NCBI GenBank assembly: GCA_964291415.2
Contig: OZ219917.1
Location: 1-64,000 of the forward strand
DNA length: 64,000 nucleotides
Origin: Alphaproteobacteria bacterium
Lineage (GTDB): Bacteria; Pseudomonadota; Alphaproteobacteria; SP197
Direction of reading: 5' to 3'
The notes beneath the pieces are model-generated. The model did no database searches. It was not told the DNA's origin and saw only the letters and a list, made by a program, of their open reading frames with translations. Position numbers and translations under genes: made by a program. Positions 58,152 through 64,000 of this stretch are shown one piece after another. Position 1 is the stretch's first letter. Each line of letters begins with the position of its first letter.

Positions 58152-59059
58152 TTCGCGAGCGGCGGTGGGCGGGACCGATAGCCCTCCTGTTCGGACACGG
58201 AGAGCCGCTTGCCAGGGCGGACCGAACGCCGGGGCCGGCGGCGCCTGTCCGCCGTCCGCAGCAGTTCGGGGCGCGACCGGTGGCGGCGGCATCTGGTCCG
58301 CGCAGCCGTTCCTGCAATGCGCGGGCTTCCATCACCCGCGTCCCGATTTCCTCGTCACACCCGGTTGTCGTGAAAGGCCGGCTCGTCGGGAGGGACGAGG
58401 TGGACAGGCAATCCGGGTGAAGGCAGGTCGGACGAACCGTGGAACGGCTCGGGAATCCGCTCGCGAACAAACCCGGCGGGCGGCTTGTACCTGATCCCGT
58501 CCATCGCCCTCACAGCCTCTCATGCGGAATTGGAGAATCATACGCCGTGATCCTTGCGCGCGAGAGCGTGCGCACGGTCCTCGGGCGAAAGGGATTCGGG
58601 GGTCTGACGGGTGGTTCTGCGATGGCCTGGTGCGGGTCGGGTGCGATGTGCCTCCAGACGACAGACCGAGTGGAGGCGATTCGCTGACGGCCACCGCTTG
58701 TCATCAGATCGGCGGCGGTAACCCGGGGATGGTGCAAGTGATGGTACCGCTCTCGCCGTGCCCGATGCGAGCCGCAGGATCGGCACCCGGGATGGAGATG
58801 GTCGTCCATGGTCGGGCCACAAGCGGCGGGACGATACCCACGACCGGCGTGCACCGTTCGTGGAGCGGGCGCCACACGTCGGCGAAGCAGATGAGGACAC
58901 GGGCGGTCGGAATGTCGGGAGAGGGCCTTGCAGCACGGAGCAGACGCACGGACCCGGTTGGTCCGGGAGGGTACCGCAAGGCTGGACGCGTGAGGCTGGG
59001 CGCGTGAGTGTGTCGCCTTTCATGCTGCGGAGCGGTAAAGCGCGGGTTCGCGCATGCGG

Positions 59060-59944
59060 TCACTCGATGGTCGGCAACGCAGTCCTTCTGTCTCTCTGCG
59101 CCGCGCCGGGGACGCTCTTCGCGATGCGTGCATAGACATCGCTCATGGCTTCGAGAAAGGAGCCGTCCTGGTGCCAGAACTCGGGATAGTCTCCTGCCCG
59201 GCGCATCGGCAGAACCGAAACCGGCGGCAGCGGCCGGGAGGCGAGCGCTTCCGCTGTCAGCGTTTTGCCCAGCCAGAATTGCCGCGTGTCCGCCGGCGTC
59301 GCGTCCTCGACGGTTTCGCCGACGACCGGCAGGCGACGTTCGCCGAGGACCTTCCCGACATCAGACTCCACAGCGCCGTCATGACCGCCGAGGGCCGCAC
59401 CGAACTCGGACTTCGAGACCGCTGCCATCAGTGTCTTTCTCGGCATGCCGCGCAGCTCGAAGAGCAGGAACGGATCATGGTCGAGCAATGCAGCAACATG
59501 GAAATAGGCCCCCGCAACATGCTTGCAGGGGTTGGCCCAGTCGGGACAGCTGCATGACGAGACTATCTCCTTCTTCGTGCGCGGAAGAAGCATCACCCTC
59601 GATCCCTCGAAGGCGTTCTCGATCGTGGGGGGCATTTCACCCAGAATCAGGTGCGCGATCCAGTTGGCATTGCGACCAAGTCGGGAAAGGACCTTCTTCC
59701 ATGCCGGCTTGCTCACCTTTTCCAGCTGGACGGTGACCTTGTAGCGTGGCTCCTTGGTGACGCCGAAGTGCGGATTGATGTTGCCTCTGACCGTTGCGGT
59801 GATCCTGCCTCCCCGAATGTCGAAGGCGAGCAAGCGGTGGGGAGCGGCATAGCTTCGCCCGCGCGCCAGCCGGCCGGCATCCATCACCTGCTCCAGGGCC
59901 TTCAGGAACTCGGCCCCCCACCACGTCTTGCCCCTGGCGACCAT
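59060..59944 (-). CDS. SWIM zinc-finger protein
   Basis: TWWG..F..AL, RL.RGRSYA, CSCPDWANPCKH, DPFLLF.LRG. Confidence 0.9.
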   Translation of the reverse strand: MVARGKTWWGAEFLKALEQVMDAGRLARGRSYAAPHRLLAFDIRGGRITATVRGNINPHFGVTKEPRYKVTVQLEKVSKPAWKKVLSRLGRNANWIAHLILGEMPPTIENAFEGSRVMLLPRTKKEIVSSCSCPDWANPCKHVAGAYFHVAALLDHDPFLLFELRGMPRKTLMAAVSKSEFGAALGGHDGAVESDVGKVLGERRLPVVGETVEDATPADTRQFWLGKTLTAEALASRPLPPVSVLPMRRAGDYPEFWHQDGSFLEAMSDVYARIAKSVPGAAQRDRRTALPTIE

Positions 59945-59962
59945 CGCAAGCCCCCTTTGCCG

Positions 59963-62900
59963 TCAGGCCACCACGGCCTGGCCACGGTCCAGGCTGATGA
60001 GCTCCCTGAAGGCTTCATTGCCCATGTCAGACAGCCACGATTCATCGGCTCCGATGATGTCGTCCACGAGTTTTTTCTTGGACTCGATGAGGGTGTCGAT
60101 CCGTTCTTCCAGTGTCCCCATGGTCACCATCTTGTGAACCATCACCATTCTGGTCTGGCCTATCCGGTAGGCGCGATCCGTCGCCTGGTTCTCCACGGCC
60201 GGATTCCACCAGCGGTCAAAGTGAATGACATGATTCGCCCGGGTCAGGGTCAACCCGGCGCCAGCCGCGCGCAACGACAGGACAAACACGGCGGGCTCGG
60301 AATCATCCTCCTGGAACTGCTCGACCATGGAGTCCCGCAGGGCGGACGGCGTTCCTCCATGCAGGTAGTAGACCGCCCTCTCCCCCATGCTGCGGACCAG
60401 CGTCTCGAGCGATCTGCCAATCTCGGTGAATTGCGTGAACAGAAGCACACTTTCTCCTTCGGCATTGATTTCGTCCAGCATCTCGCACACGCGTGCCAGC
60501 TTGTGGGATCGCTTGGCCGTGAACGCGCTTGCGTCCTGAAGAAACTGCGCCGGGTGATTGCATATCTGCTTCAGGCGCATGAGCGTCGCCAACATCAGGC
60601 CTCTGCGCTCGATGCCGTCCGATTCGTCCAGCTTCGATTCGACGTCCCTGAGAACCGCCTCGTACAATGTCGCCTGTTCCGTGGTCAGATTGCAGAAGGT
60701 GTTCTGTTCCACCTTCGCAGGCAGATCGCTGATGATCGACTTGTCGGTCTTCAGCCGCCGCAGAATGAAGGGACGAACCAGTTCCCGCAGTTCCTCGAGT
60801 CGCGCGCGGTTGCCGTCCCTCATGATGGGCCGTTCGAATTGCGTGCGGAATTCCGTTGCCGTTCCGAGGAAACCCGGATTGAGCACGCTGAACAGCGACC
60901 ACAGATCGAGAAGCCGGTTTTCCACCGGTGTGCCGGTCAGCGCAATGCGTCGCTCGGCACGGATACTGCGGAGCGTCTTGGTCACGGCGGCATTGGGGTT
61001 CTTGACGTTCTGGGCCTCGTCCACGACCAGACGCCGCCACGTGACGGTCCTGAGAATGTGCGAATCCAACCTCGCCACGCCGAACGAGACAATGACCAGA
61101 TCGACCGCGTCCACCGCCGACGTCAGTTCCCCGGCAGTCTTGGGCCGGTCGGGCCCGTGATGAATGACCACCTTCAACGTCGGCGCAAATCGATGCGCCT
61201 CCCTGAGCCAGTTTCCAAGAACCGACGTCGGAGCAACGAGCAAAGTGGGACCGGCCCGGGGACGGCTCGAGCCATCTTGAACGATCGCCGCGAGCACCTG
61301 GATCGTCTTGCCGAGACCCATGTCATCCGCGAGACAGGCACCCAATCCCAGCTTCTCCAGAAAGACAAGCCAGGAGAACCCGCGCCGCTGATAGTTTCTG
61401 AGTGTGCCTTCGAACCCTGATGGCTGCTGCTGTACGCCGAGCGCGTCGCTTTCCCTGAGGACCGCCATGGCGTCGTCCAGAGCCCCTTCGCAGGCAATCT
61501 CCACCCCCCGGTCAGCCTGGGCGCGCATGAAATCGGAGAACGTCATGGACCGGTCTTCGGCACCGGACTGCCAGTAGGATTCCAGGCCTGCCACTTCGTC
61601 GGCACTCAGTTCCATCCATTCGCCGCGCATGTGGACGAGACCTTCCTTGGCGGCGACGATCCGGTTCCACTCGTCGTCGGTCAGCGGCACACCGTCGATA
61701 ACGACATGGGGACTCCAGTCCACCACCGCGTCCATGCCCAGCAGACCCGACGAGTCCGTGCCCGCACTGCTTTTCCCGCTTTCCTGATAGCGAGCCCTTA
61801 TCTGAAGCCGGAGTCGACGTTGTCCCGACGCCGTCCACCACGACGGGACAATCACACGAAATCCCGCTCCCTGAAGGATCGGGGCGTCATTCCTCAGAAA
61901 CTGCAACGCTTCTTCCCGATCGAGTTCTATCGATGCGGGACGTTCGGATTCCATGCCGTCCCAAAGCCTGGGATAGAGACGTGCCGCCTGGCCGAGCTGC
62001 AGCAGGACACCCCTGACACTGCGGGACTGCCTGCTCGATCTCCAGAAGTCCTCAAGCGAGACGAGAAACGAGGGATCCTTGCGGGACGCCAGCAGCCATT
62101 CCAGACGCCAGGAATCCGGAGCGCCTTCACGGGCGTCCTCGAGCCGGAAACAAATGCTCTCGTCGGATTCGTCGGCGCTGCGGTTGATCATGTCGCGCCA
62201 GCGTTTCCATTGCTGCCAGAGGGTCTCCGACACGCCATTCCCGGCACCTGATCCGTGCAGGAGCGATTCACCGGGAAACACTTGCCGAAGACGTTTGCGG
62301 GCAGTCATCGGGACGGGCGTGCGCCAGATATGGCGATGCAATTCGACCGAGACAAAGTGCCGGATCAGGCCTTCGGCATCGCGCAGCGGCAGGCTCCCGT
62401 TTCCGGCCTCTGGCCGCTTCTCCCAGAGTGATCTGCAGATTCCCGGCATCGCGTCCGCGAAGTCGTCGACGAGGGAGTCCATGGCAGCGTCTGTCAGCTC
62501 CCAACCGGCTTCGAACGCCGCTCCCGAACCCGAGGTCCCGCGTCTTCTCCCGGATTTCCCGCCGGGGCCGGGTCGCGGAAAGATCGCTGGCAGGTATTCA
62601 TGACGCCGAATCGCATCCGCCAATCGTTCCGCGAGCCGAGCCCAATATTGAAGGTCGCTTCCAATTTTGACTGACGGAAGCGTCCGGATCGCATCGACAA
62701 GGCCGGACAGAGCCATGGGGCTGCTGATCTTGACCGCATCGATCTTCCAGGCGCGCCAATGCGTCGGCGCTGCGTCGTCAAGGCCGGCTGCGGTCTGCAA
62801 TTCGAGCGACGGCGACGGCCCTGTCGAACCGCTCGGAAGCACAACCCAGATGGGGGATGCGGGGGACTCCTCCGCCAGGCCCGATCCCGGGGAATTGATC

Positions 62901-63052
62901 GTTTCGGCGAGTTCGCTCTTGCTCAGTTGAAACGGATGAACTGCCCGGGTCGACCGGACCTTCCGGGGCGGACTTTCGGCCCAGACCGCAACGTGACTTC
63001 TTTCGTCGCCCGGCAGCCAACCGCCGTGAAGCACACACATCTGCGCCGCCAT
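59963..63052 (-). CDS. SNF2-family helicase-like ATPase (DUF3670/HelZ type)
   Basis: LADDMGLGKT, DEAQNVKN, ALTGTPVENRL, LFTQF, DRWWNPAVENQATDRAYRIGQ. Confidence 0.95.
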   Translation of the reverse strand: MAAQMCVLHGGWLPGDERSHVAVWAESPPRKVRSTRAVHPFQLSKSELAETINSPGSGLAEESPASPIWVVLPSGSTGPSPSLELQTAAGLDDAAPTHWRAWKIDAVKISSPMALSGLVDAIRTLPSVKIGSDLQYWARLAERLADAIRRHEYLPAIFPRPGPGGKSGRRRGTSGSGAAFEAGWELTDAAMDSLVDDFADAMPGICRSLWEKRPEAGNGSLPLRDAEGLIRHFVSVELHRHIWRTPVPMTARKRLRQVFPGESLLHGSGAGNGVSETLWQQWKRWRDMINRSADESDESICFRLEDAREGAPDSWRLEWLLASRKDPSFLVSLEDFWRSSRQSRSVRGVLLQLGQAARLYPRLWDGMESERPASIELDREEALQFLRNDAPILQGAGFRVIVPSWWTASGQRRLRLQIRARYQESGKSSAGTDSSGLLGMDAVVDWSPHVVIDGVPLTDDEWNRIVAAKEGLVHMRGEWMELSADEVAGLESYWQSGAEDRSMTFSDFMRAQADRGVEIACEGALDDAMAVLRESDALGVQQQPSGFEGTLRNYQRRGFSWLVFLEKLGLGACLADDMGLGKTIQVLAAIVQDGSSRPRAGPTLLVAPTSVLGNWLREAHRFAPTLKVVIHHGPDRPKTAGELTSAVDAVDLVIVSFGVARLDSHILRTVTWRRLVVDEAQNVKNPNAAVTKTLRSIRAERRIALTGTPVENRLLDLWSLFSVLNPGFLGTATEFRTQFERPIMRDGNRARLEELRELVRPFILRRLKTDKSIISDLPAKVEQNTFCNLTTEQATLYEAVLRDVESKLDESDGIERRGLMLATLMRLKQICNHPAQFLQDASAFTAKRSHKLARVCEMLDEINAEGESVLLFTQFTEIGRSLETLVRSMGERAVYYLHGGTPSALRDSMVEQFQEDDSEPAVFVLSLRAAGAGLTLTRANHVIHFDRWWNPAVENQATDRAYRIGQTRMVMVHKMVTMGTLEERIDTLIESKKKLVDDIIGADESWLSDMGNEAFRELISLDRGQAVVA

Positions 63053-63322
63053 TCAAACCTCCGAATGGAGACGCTCTGAGCGGTGCCTGCCCTGCAGCAT
63101 GCGGCACGGGGTGTCGCAGTTGAAGGAATCAGCGGCGCGACGGCCGGACTGGCGCAACGGCAGCCCCTCAAGCATGCCCGCAAAGGCACGTTCCGGGGCC
63201 GACGGCTGCTTGCGGCAGGCGCCACGGGTTCCGGCGCACGCTCGCTGTCCGGAACGGGCAGGCGTGACCATGTTCAGGGATGGAGTCCCGGGGACATTTC
63301 GTCGTTGCCGTGCCCCTTGGCC

Positions 63323-64000
63323 TCACGAGAGCACCATCTGGTTCTGCCGGCACGCCGCGTGAAGCGTGTTGACCAGCAGGCAGGCGATGGTCATCGGCCC
63401 GACACCCCCGGGGACCGGCGTGATGGCGCCTGCCACCTCGACCGCTTCGGTGAAACAGACGTCGCCCACGAGTCGTGTCTTGCCGTCTTCGCGGGCCAGG
63501 CGGTTGACGCCGACGTCGATGACCGTGGCGCCCGGCCTGATCCAGTCGCCGCGCACCATTTCGGGACGGCCGACCGCAGCCACCACGATATCGGCCCGGC
63601 GCACCACGTCCGGCAGGTCGCGGGTCCGCGAGTGGGCGATCGTCACCGTGCAGTGATCCTGCAGAAGCAGCTGCGCCATGGGCTTGCCGACGATGTTCGA
63701 GCGGCCGACGATCACCGCGTTGGCGCCTTTCAGGCCGTCAGCCCCGAGAGTCCGGCGCAACAGGATCTGGCAGCCCAGCGGCGTGCAGGGAACCATCGCC
63801 TCCTGGCCGGACGACAGGCGGCCGGTGTTGATGGCATGGAATCCGTCAACGTCTTTCAGAGGGTCGATGGCGTCGATGACCTGGTGTTCGTCGACCTGAT
63901 CGGGCAACGGCAACTGGACCAGGATCCCGTTGACCTCGTCCGACGCATTGAGTTCGGCGACCTTTGCGAGCACCTCTTCGGCCGTCGAGGATGCCGGCAT
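63323..64000 (-). CDS. folD: Methylenetetrahydrofolate dehydrogenase/cyclohydrolase (5' end outside window)
   Basis: [43 protein letters not shown]. Confidence 0.97.
   Translation of the reverse strand: MPASSTAEEVLAKVAELNASDEVNGILVQLPLPDQVDEHQVIDAIDPLKDVDGFHAINTGRLSSGQEAMVPCTPLGCQILLRRTLGADGLKGANAVIVGRSNIVGKPMAQLLLQDHCTVTIAHSRTRDLPDVVRRADIVVAAVGRPEMVRGDWIRPGATVIDVGVNRLAREDGKTRLVGDVCFTEAVEVAGAITPVPGGVGPMTIACLLVNTLHAACRQNQMVLS

Overview
This is a high-GC chromosomal window, probably from an Alphaproteobacterium (Rhodospirillales/Rhodobacterales-like gene order: mcl2-mch-sdhCDAB and ialB-rlmN-argG). All family assignments come from motif recognition and recalled reference sequences; no search was run. 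The left 17 kb holds a vitamin B6 (pyridoxamine/pyridoxal) catabolic cluster: a BMP-type ABC importer, 4-pyridoxolactonase, pyridoxamine-pyruvate aminotransferase, pyridoxal 4-dehydrogenase and FHMPC dehydrogenase. The canonical lower-pathway genes are not in the window. Instead, FHMPC dehydrogenase sits in an operon with a gentisate/salicylate-1,2-dioxygenase-type cupin, an LVIVD beta-propeller, a DUF1185 protein and a 2OG-Fe oxygenase. This suggests an undescribed ring-cleavage route for B6 and is the best candidate novel system here. Other notable features: six toxin-antitoxin loci, four with an intact antitoxin and a destroyed toxin; a ~1.78 kb near-identical duplication of a BCCT transporter inside an older, decayed duplication; a single-chain triple-Rid protein between rlmN and argG; a ParDE plus SWIM/SNF2 block between argG and folD; and several pseudogene scars. 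No rRNA, tRNA, CRISPR array or intact transposase was seen.
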